64,000 nucleotides of DNA from an uncultured delta proteobacterium (GTDB lineage: Bacteria; Myxococcota; Kuafuiibacteriia; Kuafuiibacteriales; Kuafuiibacteriaceae). The position numbers and the translations under genes are program-made. Below the pieces are notes generated by a model. That model made no database searches and was not told the origin of the DNA. It worked only from the letters and a program-made list of their open reading frames with translations. The DNA is taken from positions 352,001 through 416,000 of the forward strand of contig CAWDML010000007.1 in assembly GCA_963803435.1 (NCBI GenBank). Direction: 5' to 3'. Positions 26,362 to 35,962 of the stretch are shown here, piece by piece; position 1 is the stretch's first letter, and each line of letters opens with the position of its first letter.

Positions 26362-27693
26362 TCAATCGGCGAGTCGGACGAGCTGCCCCGGAGTCTGCGG
26401 AGTGTTGGGATTCTGTCCGAGAGCCAGGAATCCGTCGCGGACCGGCACCAGATGCTGGACCGAGTACGCGGCGAGGTGATCCTCGACCGCGCAGTAGCCA
26501 TCGGGCAGGTACTGGCCGCCCGCGCCGAAGGCCCCCGCATAGAGGAAGCCGCCTCGGTAGGGGGCAATCGCAAACGGAAACACCGTCAGCGGCGACGCTC
26601 CCAGCGCTCGCCACGCGGCGCCTGCCTGGGAGAAGAACTGTCCATCGGCGCTGCCGAGCACCACCCCGAGGCCGTCGACGTACGCTGCCGCGGTGAAGCC
26701 AGCCCCGGTGGGTACGGACTCGACGTGCTGCTCGCCGTCCGATGAGATCCGGACGATGCTCGTGCTGCCCGATGCGGCCGCGATGATCTGCCCGTCCGCG
26801 GTGAGGAGGGCGTGGCCGCCGAAGTCGGCGTCGCCGAAGTCGTAAAGCTCGGTCACACCAAGCGCGTCGTAGCGTTGAAACGTCCCGTCCGAGCGCACGC
26901 TGTAGATCTTCGGCTCGCCTCGCTCCCGCCGCAACGCGATCCGATAGCGCTGCTCGTAGGGCGGGAAGCTGTAGGTCACCGGCTCCAGCCTCAGCTCGGT
27001 CCGCGACGTGAACGTACCGGTGAACAGCTCACCCCACCGGCTCATCAACCACCAGGTGCGATCGACCTCGTCCCATACACCATGAGAGAGGAGCGCGGGG
27101 GGGCTCACCACCACCTCTTCGACGCCGGAGGGGGTCCAGGAGAACAGCGCCCCGCTTCGCATCCCGATCACCACGACCGTCGAGGAGAGCACGAGCGCGA
27201 GCTCGGTGTCCGAACCGTCTTCGAGCGAGAAAGGCTCGCTCGAGAAGTCGGCGCAGTCGCGAGGTCCCGGATCCGCGATGCGGAACCCGGCCAGCCCCTC
27301 GCTCGCGCTCGCGGCCAGCTCCCACTCCGGCGAGTCGTCCGGGAGCATCGTGCGATAGATGTCACCGGTGGCGGGAAGCGCGCGCGCACGTTCTTCCTGG
27401 CCGGCACGCGGGAGCAGGCCTTCCTCGAGCAACGAGGCCGACAGCGGCTCGGCGTACAGGAGCGCTTCCATCAGCACGGACTCGTCGCGCTCGATCTCCT
27501 CCGGGATGCGGAGCACGACATCGGGACCCGGAACGTCGAAAGCGCGGACCGTCAGCTCCGGATCGTGCGTGGCGCGATGCAGCCCGAGAATCAGCGCGCC
27601 ATGCTCCAGCGGTGGAAACGGGACCCGGACCACGTCCCCCGGCGCGCACCCGGCAGTCACAACGGCGATCGTGATGGTCACCGTCCACCGCAC
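26362..27693 (-). CDS. hypothetical lipoprotein with a beta-propeller-like C-terminal half
   Basis: Lipobox TAGC; beta-rich repeats; start uncertain. Confidence 0.6.
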   Translation of the reverse strand: MRWTVTITIAVVTAGCAPGDVVRVPFPPLEHGALILGLHRATHDPELTVRAFDVPGPDVVLRIPEEIERDESVLMEALLYAEPLSASLLEEGLLPRAGQEERARALPATGDIYRTMLPDDSPEWELAASASEGLAGFRIADPGPRDCADFSSEPFSLEDGSDTELALVLSSTVVVIGMRSGALFSWTPSGVEEVVVSPPALLSHGVWDEVDRTWWLMSRWGELFTGTFTSRTELRLEPVTYSFPPYEQRYRIALRRERGEPKIYSVRSDGTFQRYDALGVTELYDFGDADFGGHALLTADGQIIAAASGSTSIVRISSDGEQHVESVPTGAGFTAAAYVDGLGVVLGSADGQFFSQAGAAWRALGASPLTVFPFAIAPYRGGFLYAGAFGAGGQYLPDGYCAVEDHLAAYSVQHLVPVRDGFLALGQNPNTPQTPGQLVRLAD

Positions 27694-27842
27694 GACGGCC
27701 ACGATGCCATGGCTTCCCCACCGGGGAACAGCTCCTGCGAGCGGTCGTCGCCTTTCGATCGCAGAAAGCACAGGCTCGGTCAGGAGCGCCGGGCCGCCGC
27801 CATATTCCCCCTCGTCGACTTTCGTCGACTAGGAGGTTTTGA

Positions 27843-28583
27843 ATGCTTCGAACTCTGCGCACAGTTACCACTCTCGGATTGTTCGCGGCGCTGGTCGCCT
27901 GCGGCGGAGTCCAGGATTGACCCGAGACGGACTCGCTCCCGATTCACCTGATTGCCTCCGCCGAGCTCGCCGACGGCGGAAGCCTCGAGCTGCACGAGCC
28001 AACGCCCGGCGAGCTCGTTGCAATCTACGTCGGAAAGGACCGGTCCTACGGGGACCTCTTCCAAGGTCTCGAGCGCGGGACGGTCTCCTACGCGGAGCTC
28101 TTCGAGACCATCGCCGGCCGCAAGGCGCCGGAGGCGGTCGTCCAGGCGGAGTCCAGGCTCGTCGAGGCGAAGGCCCGGATGGCCGCGGATGAGGTCTTCG
28201 ATCGTGAAGAGATTGCCGAGGCGCCGCAGCTCGCGAACATCGGCCAGTCCCGTTCCGGCCTCTCGGCCACCGACTTCGCCGCCACCTACTGCCCGAGCGG
28301 TTGGGGCTACATGTATTGCTGGACGTCGCGCACCGGCAATGCCTCGGTGACGCGCACGACGCTCTCGATGTACACGTACCTCAACACGTACGCCGGCGGG
28401 TCGGTCCAGCACATTCTCGAGTACCAGAACGTCTTTGGTAACTGGGTGACCTACGTGAACAACACGGTGCCGGCCGGCTTCATCTCATACATCTCCCGTT
28501 CGGGGATCTGGACGACGCGCCGCACCCGCGTCACCCAGGCTTCGGGCGACAGCTACCACGTCTCGATCTACGGCACGATCTGA
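27843..28583 (+). pseudogene. lipoprotein interrupted by one in-frame TGA (27918-27920)
   Basis: AGGAGG RBS, ATG 27843, lipobox LVAC; the same frame continues to 28583. Confidence 0.7.
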
Positions 28584-28643
28584 GGGACCTGCAGGCACGG
28601 ATTCCGCCGGTCATGGTACGAGTATGATGCTCGAGACCACCAA

Positions 28644-29168
28644 ATGATCGACACGCTCGAACGTCTCCTCGACGACATGCACGCCTTCCGTGAGGCCTGG
28701 AGCGGCGATACCGATGCCGACCTCGAGGAGACGTTCGGCGACCGCGCGCGGGAGCTCGGCGCGCGCGCAGTGCTCACAGTCCTCTTCCGCACCTATCAAG
28801 ACTCCTGGTTGTCGGGCTGGCTCCGCACGCTGAGGTGGGTCTGGAAGGACGTGCCCTACCCCACCTGGCTCGAGATCCTCGAAGACCTGAGCGAAGACCG
28901 CAACTTCCTCTACCAGTTCCTCTGGTTCGCGAGCGAGTCGCTGGCCCTCGACATCCACCGCCTTCCCGCCCTCGCACCGAACCTCCGGACCGAGCTGGAC
29001 AGCGAGACGTTCCGCGACGGCGGACCGCTGCCGATCTCGCCCCACCTGCGCGCGCGCATGGAGGACCACTTCGATTACGAGGCCATGTGGCAGCGCCTCG
29101 AACACGAGGGCGCGCCGATGCGCGACGTTCCTCCCGGCACGCCCAACCGGCACGTCTTCGAGGTCTGA
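28644..29168 (+). CDS. hypothetical Trp-rich protein
   Basis: GC3-rich ORF, no recognised family. Confidence 0.65.
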   Translation: MIDTLERLLDDMHAFREAWSGDTDADLEETFGDRARELGARAVLTVLFRTYQDSWLSGWLRTLRWVWKDVPYPTWLEILEDLSEDRNFLYQFLWFASESLALDIHRLPALAPNLRTELDSETFRDGGPLPISPHLRARMEDHFDYEAMWQRLEHEGAPMRDVPPGTPNRHVFEV

Positions 29169-29227
29169 CGGACGCGGCCAGCGCACGGGCAGAGCTCCAC
29201 GTCGATGCGGCCGGCGACAGCCGAGCA

Positions 29228-29256
29228 TTGACAGGCCCAGGCGCTGATGCTATCTA
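29228..29256 (+). promoter_or_regulatory. probable sigma70 promoter of the tRNA
   Basis: TTGACA, 17 bp, then TG-C-TATCTA (imperfect -10). Confidence 0.55.
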
Positions 29257-29273
29257 CCCGGAAACATTAGCAA

Positions 29274-29346
29274 GCGGGACTAACTCAGTTGGTAGAGTGC
29301 AACCTTCCCAAGGTTGAAGTCGCGGGTTCGAGTCCCGTGTCCCGCT
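29274..29346 (+). tRNA. tRNA-Gly (CCC), CCA not encoded
   Basis: Acceptor stem GCGGGAC/GTCCCGC; anticodon arm CAACC-TTCCCAA-GGTTG; T-loop TTCGAGT. Confidence 0.97.
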
Positions 29347-29366
29347 CGAAGAAATCTCAGTCGTCG

Positions 29367-29406
29367 CGGCCGGATGGAGTGAGCGCTCCACCGGCCGTTT
29401 TCGTTT
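29367..29406 (+). terminator. probable intrinsic terminator
   Basis: CGGCCGG(A)TGGAG...CTCCACCGGCCG followed by TTTTCGTTT. Confidence 0.6.
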
Positions 29407-29429
29407 GGTCCCCCACTTCCGGGGTCGGT

Positions 29430-29605
29430 CCCCCACTCGGTCCCCCATTCGCGAAGATCTCCGCGAACGCGAGCTTCGCAGCAGCACGCTTCTCGCTCGC
29501 AGAGACCGTCGAGTAGTGCTCGTGCATCTCCGTCAGATGAACGGTGATCGCTTTGGTCAGGACCTCGGTTGTACCGGCGCGGACTGGATGCGTAGTTCCG
29601 AAGCC
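29430..29605 (-). pseudogene. tyrosine integrase C-terminal remnant
   Basis: LTKAITVHLTEMHEHYSTVS (catalytic-Tyr region), pointing toward the tRNA 3' end. Confidence 0.65.
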
Positions 29606-29765
29606 GTTCGTCCCGCTTTGTCGTAGTCGCGTGAGCGCGTAGCCGCTCGTTCAACAGCGATCGTGGTGTCCCGTTCCGCGTTGAGCGCGGGAGCGGCCGT
29701 TTTCTGGCCAGGAAGGAGGGAAAGGGGGCAATTCAAAGACTCCTACATCCACGAAAGGCCCCCAA

Positions 29766-30383
29766 ATGATCGACGAGCGACCATCCCCTCCTGATCTCGA
29801 AGCATGGCTCGATGCGGAGTACCCGTCCACCCAGAAAGGCGGCACGTTGATCGAGCCGGCGGTGCGCGAGCTCGAGACGCACGAGGAGTGGATGCGCGCC
29901 CCCGGCCGCTACCGTCCGGCCGGATGCCTCCGGTGCGGCGCCACCCTCCACATCCACGACTACCGACCACGGCAGCTTCGATGTGATCCCTGGGAGCTCA
30001 CGCAGGTCGTCCGGTTCCTCTGCAGCAACGAGGCGTGCGGCGCCACGTGGCAGGTGCTCCCGATGTTCATCGCGCGCCACCTCTGGCGAAGCTGGCGCGT
30101 GGTCGAGCGTGCCGTCGAGCCGGAATCGTCCACGCCGGTTCCGCCAGCAACGGTTGAGCGCTGGCGGAGCCGGCTCGGCCTCGGCGCCCGCGTGCTCGTG
30201 ACCCTCCTCGCGACCGCGAGCAAGGGCGTCCTCGACGCCATCGTCCGGCTCGTCGGCCTGGACGCGACGCGCTCGGATCTGGTCGAAGCGTTCGCGCGCA
30301 AAGCGCGACCCCCGGATGGCGAGTGTCTCGCCGAGATCGCGGAGCTCGTCCACCGACTGCACCGCGGAGTCCGTCTCATGTAG
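29766..30383 (+). CDS. Zn-ribbon (DUF6431-like) transposon accessory protein
   Basis: CLRCG...H and RFLCSNEACGATWQVLP; HTH-like TVERW. Confidence 0.7.
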   Translation: MIDERPSPPDLEAWLDAEYPSTQKGGTLIEPAVRELETHEEWMRAPGRYRPAGCLRCGATLHIHDYRPRQLRCDPWELTQVVRFLCSNEACGATWQVLPMFIARHLWRSWRVVERAVEPESSTPVPPATVERWRSRLGLGARVLVTLLATASKGVLDAIVRLVGLDATRSDLVEAFARKARPPDGECLAEIAELVHRLHRGVRLM

Positions 30384-30473
30384 CTGGGGCACATCCCGCC
30401 CGCGGGACGCTCGCCGATCGCCGCCGCGTTTTCCCACCAAATCCGTCGGTCCCATTGGACGAAGCTCCGCGGC

Positions 30474-31811
30474 GTGGAGAGCAACCATGAGATCGCGTTA
30501 TGGCGCCTCGGCATCCTGGGGCCGTTGATCAGCGCCCGTCTCGAGCACGGCGATCGCCGAGCGTACTTCGAGGAGGCGGCCCAGCGGATGTATCAACGCC
30601 CGGACGGCCGTTTCGTGCACGTCTCGGCTCGAACGATCGAGGCCTGGTACCTCGCGTACCGCCGCGGCGGTTTCGAAGCGCTCGTGCCCCGCACTCGCAA
30701 CGACCGCGGGCAGAGCCGCGCGATCGACACCGACGTCGCCGAGCTCCTCCTCCGCGCCAAGCAAGAGCGACCCCGCCGCTCCATCCGCCGGCTGATCCGC
30801 ATGCTCGAGCGCGCCGGCCGCGTGCGCATCGATACGCTCGCGAAGTCCAGCGTGCACCGGCTCCTCGCCGCTCACGGGCTCTCCCGCCGACCGGTGCGAG
30901 GCCCGTCGGCGGAGCGGCGGTCCTTCCTCGTCGAGTACGCCGGCGATCTCTGGATGGGAGACGCCATGCACGGCCCGCTCGTGCTCGTACCCAGCGGGAA
31001 GCTCAGGAAGAGCTACCTCCTCTCCCAGATCGACGCCGCCACCCGATACCTCGTCCACAGCTACTTCGCGCTCGCCGAGGACGCCGTCGCGCACGAGTAC
31101 GGTTTCAAGCAGGCGCTTCTGAGCGGCGGACGGCCGCGCACCTACTACGTCGATCGCGGTGCAGCCTACATGGCGGGCTCGCTCGCCGCGATTTGCGCCG
31201 AGCTCGGCATCCATCTCGCCCACACCGCGCCCAAGGACTGTGAGGCAAAGGGTGCGATCGAACGGTGGCACCGCACGTGGCGCGAGGAGGTTGGCGATGA
31301 GCTCGGCGAGCGCCTCCTCACCCTCGACGAGCTCAACAGCCTGCACTGGGCCTGGCTCGGGGCCGAGTACCACGCGCGCCGGCACGACACGACGGCCCGC
31401 GAGCCGCGAGCCCACTGGCTCGAGCAAGCACGGCACCTGCGCGCGCTCCCCAAGGACAAGAAGATCGACGAGGTCTTCCTGCACCGCGCAAAGCGCACCG
31501 TCCGAAAGGACGGCACGGTCCGCTTCGGTGGGCGCTTCCTCGAGGTCCGCGCCGAGCTCACCGGTCGTGTCGTCGAGCTACGCTTCGACCCGACCAATCA
31601 AGACGCCCGCCCGCGCGTCTTCGTCGAGGATCGCTTCGTCTGCGACGCCGTGCCCCTCGACCGCATTCGAAACGCCACCCGCAGGCGCCGCCGGGATCTC
31701 GGCATGCCCGATCCCACCGCCGAGCCCAGCGGACTCGACCCGCTCCAGCTCATCGAGCGCGACCACTACGAGCGCACCCGCGTGCGCCATGACGACGAAA
31801 CGGAGGACTGA
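30474..31811 (+). CDS. DDE transposase (rve core, Mu-like C-terminal domain)
   Basis: N-terminal HTH; WMGD, YYVDRG and KGAIERW; RTVRKDGTVRF. Confidence 0.92.
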   Translation: MESNHEIALWRLGILGPLISARLEHGDRRAYFEEAAQRMYQRPDGRFVHVSARTIEAWYLAYRRGGFEALVPRTRNDRGQSRAIDTDVAELLLRAKQERPRRSIRRLIRMLERAGRVRIDTLAKSSVHRLLAAHGLSRRPVRGPSAERRSFLVEYAGDLWMGDAMHGPLVLVPSGKLRKSYLLSQIDAATRYLVHSYFALAEDAVAHEYGFKQALLSGGRPRTYYVDRGAAYMAGSLAAICAELGIHLAHTAPKDCEAKGAIERWHRTWREEVGDELGERLLTLDELNSLHWAWLGAEYHARRHDTTAREPRAHWLEQARHLRALPKDKKIDEVFLHRAKRTVRKDGTVRFGGRFLEVRAELTGRVVELRFDPTNQDARPRVFVEDRFVCDAVPLDRIRNATRRRRRDLGMPDPTAEPSGLDPLQLIERDHYERTRVRHDDETED

Positions 31812-31814
31812 TTC

Positions 31815-32630
31815 ATGTACCGCAAACGCTTCGGCCTCACCGGCCACCCCATGCCCAAGGACGCACAGGGCAAGACCTTCATCGAGAGCGGAGACGGCTA
31901 CGCCCGCCTCGGGCGCGCCTTTCGCCGGCTCGCCGACGAGCCCGGTCTCGGACTCCTCACCGGCGAGGCGGGCCTCGGGAAGACCGCCGCGATGCGCAAC
32001 CTCTGTGCGCAGCTCCCGAAGCCCGACTATCTCGTCATCTATCACTGCGACACCGCCGTCGCGCCGCTCGATCTCTATCGCTCTTTGGCGATCGAGCTCG
32101 GCGTCCGCCCGTCGCATCGGCGCGCCCAGCTGTGGGCCGACATCAAGAAGGCGCTCCTCCACATGGTCGACGAGCGAAACACCGCGCCGATCGTCGTCAT
32201 CGACGAGGCCCAGCACCTCACTGATCGATTCCTCATCGATCTGTCCGGCTTCCTCAACTTCGCCTTCGACAGCCGCGACATCCTCACCATGTGGTTGGTG
32301 GGGCTCCCGCAGCTCAGCCGCCACCTCCAGATGCAGCAACACGCGCCGCTCGCGATGCGCATCGCCGCGCGCGTACACATGGAGCCCTGGGCGGACCGCG
32401 AAGCCTTCACCGCCGTGATCCACCAGAGCATAGAGGCCGTCGGAGGCAAGAAGAAGATCCTCAGCGACCCCGCCATGGAAATGCTCTTTCGGAGCAGCCG
32501 CGGGCTCCTTCGCGTCGCCGCCCAGCTGCTGCGCGAGGCGCTCCGCGTCGCGCACGAGCGCGATCAGGACTTCGTGGACGAGCACGTGATGGAGGAGGCC
32601 GTCGACAACGTCCTCGCGCCGGCGCCATGA
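31815..32630 (+). CDS. ExeA-like AAA+ ATPase (MuB/TnsC-type partner)
   Basis: FGL..HP, Walker A GEAGLGKT, Walker B VIDEAQHL, LVG.PQL. Confidence 0.9.
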   Translation: MYRKRFGLTGHPMPKDAQGKTFIESGDGYARLGRAFRRLADEPGLGLLTGEAGLGKTAAMRNLCAQLPKPDYLVIYHCDTAVAPLDLYRSLAIELGVRPSHRRAQLWADIKKALLHMVDERNTAPIVVIDEAQHLTDRFLIDLSGFLNFAFDSRDILTMWLVGLPQLSRHLQMQQHAPLAMRIAARVHMEPWADREAFTAVIHQSIEAVGGKKKILSDPAMEMLFRSSRGLLRVAAQLLREALRVAHERDQDFVDEHVMEEAVDNVLAPAP

Positions 32631-33652
32631 GCACCGCACCCCTCCCGGTATGCCCGGTCGGCGAGCTCGACCCTCCCAGCGACGAGGAGCGTTGGCTCGT
32701 CGAGCCGCTGTGGACGCGCGCGGCCGTCGGATTCATTGGCGGCGTCCCCAAGCTCGGGAAGACATGGCTCGGCCTCGACCTCGCGCTGTCCGTCGCAACG
32801 AGCACGCCCTGTCTCGGCCGCTACGTCGTCAAGGATCCCGGGCGCGCGCTCGTGTATCTCGCCGAGGATCACACCTCGCTGGTACGGCAGCGTCTCGAGG
32901 GGCTCTGCCGCCTCCGCGGCCTCGACATCACCAAGGTCGAGGTCGACGTGATCACCGCTCCGAGCCTCCGCCTCGACCTGCCGCGCGACCAGGAGCGCTT
33001 GCTCGAGACGGTGCGGCAGCGCCGCCCCCGTGTCGTGCTCCTGGATCCGCTCGTCCGCCTGCATCGCGTGGACGAGAACAGCGCCGGCGATGTCTCCGGC
33101 CTGCTCGCGTTTCTCCGCGATCTCCAGCGCGCTTGTGACGTCGCAGTCGTCCTCGTCCACCACATGCGAAAGACCGGCGGCGCTTCGGGGCAGTCGCTCC
33201 GCGGCTCGGGAGACTTCCACGCTTGGATTGATTCCGGCTGCTATCTGCGCCGCACCCGCGAGGGTGTCGTGCTTCGTGTCGAGCATCGATCGGCGCCATC
33301 GCCCGATCCGATCCTGCTCGAGCTCACCTCTGACGATGACGGCGAGAACACCCGGCTTGAAGTCGTGAACGCCAGCGATGATGCGCCGCCTTCAGCAGCG
33401 CCCATCGTCTTGCGGCTCGCCGACAGAATCCTCGATGCGCTCGGCGCCGCGGGCGGACCGATGACGAAGGCGGCGCTGCGGAAGGCGTTACAGATCAACA
33501 ACCAGCGCCTCGGCGACGAGCTCGCGAGCCTCGAGGCACAATCACGCGTCGTGCACGGAGCCGCCGGCTGGGATCTCGAGCGTTCCAGCGGAGGCGTTCC
33601 GCGAAAACCCACAGAGCGCCGGAACGGAACGCCGGAACGGTCCTCGTACTGA
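32627..33652 (+). CDS. AAA_25/RepA-like RecA-fold ATPase (helicase-like) with a C-terminal wHTH
   Basis: WLVE.LW, GGVPKLGKT, YLAED, LLDP, VHHMRK, LRGSG; ATGA overlap. Confidence 0.85.
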   Translation: MSTAPLPVCPVGELDPPSDEERWLVEPLWTRAAVGFIGGVPKLGKTWLGLDLALSVATSTPCLGRYVVKDPGRALVYLAEDHTSLVRQRLEGLCRLRGLDITKVEVDVITAPSLRLDLPRDQERLLETVRQRRPRVVLLDPLVRLHRVDENSAGDVSGLLAFLRDLQRACDVAVVLVHHMRKTGGASGQSLRGSGDFHAWIDSGCYLRRTREGVVLRVEHRSAPSPDPILLELTSDDDGENTRLEVVNASDDAPPSAAPIVLRLADRILDALGAAGGPMTKAALRKALQINNQRLGDELASLEAQSRVVHGAAGWDLERSSGGVPRKPTERRNGTPERSSY

Positions 33653-33854
33653 TCATCGATTCGGCCGGCAGGGCGTGGCCAACAAACTCGGGCAACGGTG
33701 GCGACCGACCCGGACCCAAACCGGATGCGCCCTGCCGGCCGTCCCCCGTCGACCGGCCATCCGGGAGGGGACAAACGCAGTCAACGAGTCAGCGGGTCGG
33801 CCGGACGAAGCTCATGTCCTCACGAGACTCCGGGACAAAGCTCCGTTAGCAGTG

Positions 33855-33980
33855 CGGGCTGGTACATCGGTCGTCGCTCGTCGATACAGATCGGTCGACG
33901 TCCTCCGGCATCCGTGCGGCGTGAATCGTTTCTCTATCTGCGCGACCGTGAGGATGTCCTCGAACGGTTTGGTCAGCACC
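33855..33980 (-). pseudogene. tyrosine integrase HxxR-box remnant
   Basis: RFTPHGCRRTSTDLYRRA. Confidence 0.65.
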
Positions 33981-34540
33981 TGTGGGTTCGAAATTCTGGC
34001 CGGTCCCGTTCCGGAAATTCTGGCCGGTCACCGTCGGCGCCTGAGGCCCCGTCGGGTAAGCCAGACGCCACGGAAGCCCCGAAGGGCGCCGGGCGAGGAA
34101 AGGGATGTACGGATTGATGAAGCGCCATGACGTTCAGGTGCTCCGCCGCGCGGGGCATAAGCAAAGGGAAGTTGCGGATTCGGGGCGAACGGTACGCCGT
34201 GTCGAGGCGGAGGATCCGGTCGAGGGCGGCATCGTGGACGACGCCACGGAGCGCTCCCGGCGCCGAGTGGGCCGACCGTCGCGCTGAAGTGGAAGAAAGA
34301 TGGGACCGTGACCGAGTGGAACAGCACGTTCATCCAGGTCATGACGGTGGGCGTTGGCGCCGAGGTCTGCTGGCCGTACCGGGGCCAGGAGAAGGGGGCT
34401 GTCGAGAATCTCGTCGGCTGGGTGAAGGGGTCGTTCTTCAAGCAGCGCCGATTCCTCGACAAGGACGATCTCCTGCAGCAGCTCGCCGAGTGGCAGGGCG
34501 CGGTGAACACCGAGATCCGCTCCCGCGCGACCGGACGCCG
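33981..34540 (+). mobile_element. internally deleted IS21 remnant
   Basis: TG end with two GAAATTCTGGCCGGTC repeats; IstA pieces LMKRHDVQVL and KGAVENLVGWVKGSFFK similar to the IstA at 14370-15782. Confidence 0.85.
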
Positions 34541-34957
34541 TTCTCAACGCGCAAGCAGCGGTTCTCGCCGGGGACGATCAAACGGCGAAGACGACCCATC
34601 TCGCGGTGAAGCGATCGGCTGAGCAAGCGCTGCTCGTCAAGCAGCGCTACCTCGAGGTCTCCGGCGGAATCCTTCGGGCCATTTCGAAGTTTGATTAGTT
34701 GACTGCGTCCCCCCCGTTGAGAGCGGCGCCTCGGAGCTGCGCAAGTTACCTTGCACCTCGCGATTAATGCCGTCCGATCTCCGTAAGCTGCATCGACGTG
34801 CCGCGAGGTACGCAGAGAGCGGAGACTGTGGCCCTGTACTAGCGGACACCCGCGTGCAGGATGCGTCCTTCGCGCCCCTCGCATCAGCATTCTGAGCTCG
34901 GTCCAAAGCGATGCCGGGCATCGGGATGAGGGACTTGCTCGTGGTATCCGTTCGCGC

Positions 34958-35962
34958 ATGGGGTACAAACAGTTTCTGCGCAGCGTCGAGGCCGCTCAGC
35001 GGCGGCAGGAACGCGAAGCGCTTCGTCGCCATCGAGAATTGGTCAAACACATTGCGAGCCAAAACAAGGAGGCCGAGAAGCAGCGCGCGGCTGATGAGGT
35101 CGCGATGTTCGAGAACTACCTCGAGGTTCTCGTTTCGGTTCACAAGGATTGTGGCGACACCTGGGATTGGCAATCTCTGTCGACTGCTCCCCCGCCCATC
35201 GCTCCCTCGCGCACCACGGCTCGGGAGGATGCTGCGCGAGATAAGCTTTCGTTCTATCAGCCCGGATTCTTCGAAAAGCTCTTCGGCAAGGCGAAGAAGA
35301 GACAGGCCGAACTCGAAGCAACTGTCGAACAGGCAACAGCGCAGGACCGGCGGCAGAACGAGCACGCGCTCGCCCAGCATCAGCACGCGAATGCGCTCTG
35401 GCAGATCCGTCGGGAGATCGGGGCGGGAGTCCTGCGCAATGATCCCGCCGCCTATAAGAAGGCACTCAAGCACCTGGATCCGTTCTCCGAGTTGGTTGCG
35501 TTCAAGACGCGCATCGAGGTCGAAGCGATCGATGGCGACGTCGTTTCGTTGAGCTGCTTCCTCGAAGACGAAGAGCTCGTCCCGAAGGAGGAGCTCAAGC
35601 TGACAGCGGGCGGGAAGATGTCGACGAAGCAGATGGCTGCCGGAAAATACTGGGCACTCCACCAAGACTTCGTTTGCTCGTGTGCGCTGCGTGCGGCCAG
35701 AGAAACCTTCGCCACCTTGCCGATCTCCAGAGTCATCGTGAACGTCCGCGCGACTCGGTTGGACACGAGCACCGGACATCATCGTGCAACCACGCTGCTC
35801 GCCGTCCACTTCGCGCGACCGGATCTTGCTCGTCTCGACATGGATGCGATCGACCCGTCCGATTCGATGAAGAACTTTCCACACCGCATGAAGTTCAAGA
35901 AGTCCACCGGCTTCGAACCCGTCGAAGACATCACCGTCGACGAACAGTGGGTAACGACATGA
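34958..35962 (+). CDS. hypothetical protein (coiled-coil N-terminus; conserved-looking QDFVCSCALRAARE domain)
   Basis: Intact ORF with lower GC3 than the flanks; ATGA overlap with the next gene. Confidence 0.75.
   Translation: MGYKQFLRSVEAAQRRQEREALRRHRELVKHIASQNKEAEKQRAADEVAMFENYLEVLVSVHKDCGDTWDWQSLSTAPPPIAPSRTTAREDAARDKLSFYQPGFFEKLFGKAKKRQAELEATVEQATAQDRRQNEHALAQHQHANALWQIRREIGAGVLRNDPAAYKKALKHLDPFSELVAFKTRIEVEAIDGDVVSLSCFLEDEELVPKEELKLTAGGKMSTKQMAAGKYWALHQDFVCSCALRAARETFATLPISRVIVNVRATRLDTSTGHHRATTLLAVHFARPDLARLDMDAIDPSDSMKNFPHRMKFKKSTGFEPVEDITVDEQWVTT

Larger units (their letters stand above)
29605..33851 (+). mobile_element. four-gene Mu/IS481-like DDE transposon
   Basis: Imperfect terminal IR (GCTTTGTCGTAGTCGCGTGAG at 29615 vs reverse complement GCTTTGTCCCGGAGTCTCGTGAG ending 33841); right end CA at 33850-33851; exact ends uncertain, no TSD seen. 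Confidence 0.6.

Noticed and set aside
31815-32630. Type II secretion exeA gene
   Set aside because: No T2SS genes or peptidoglycan-binding tail; it is coupled to a DDE transposase
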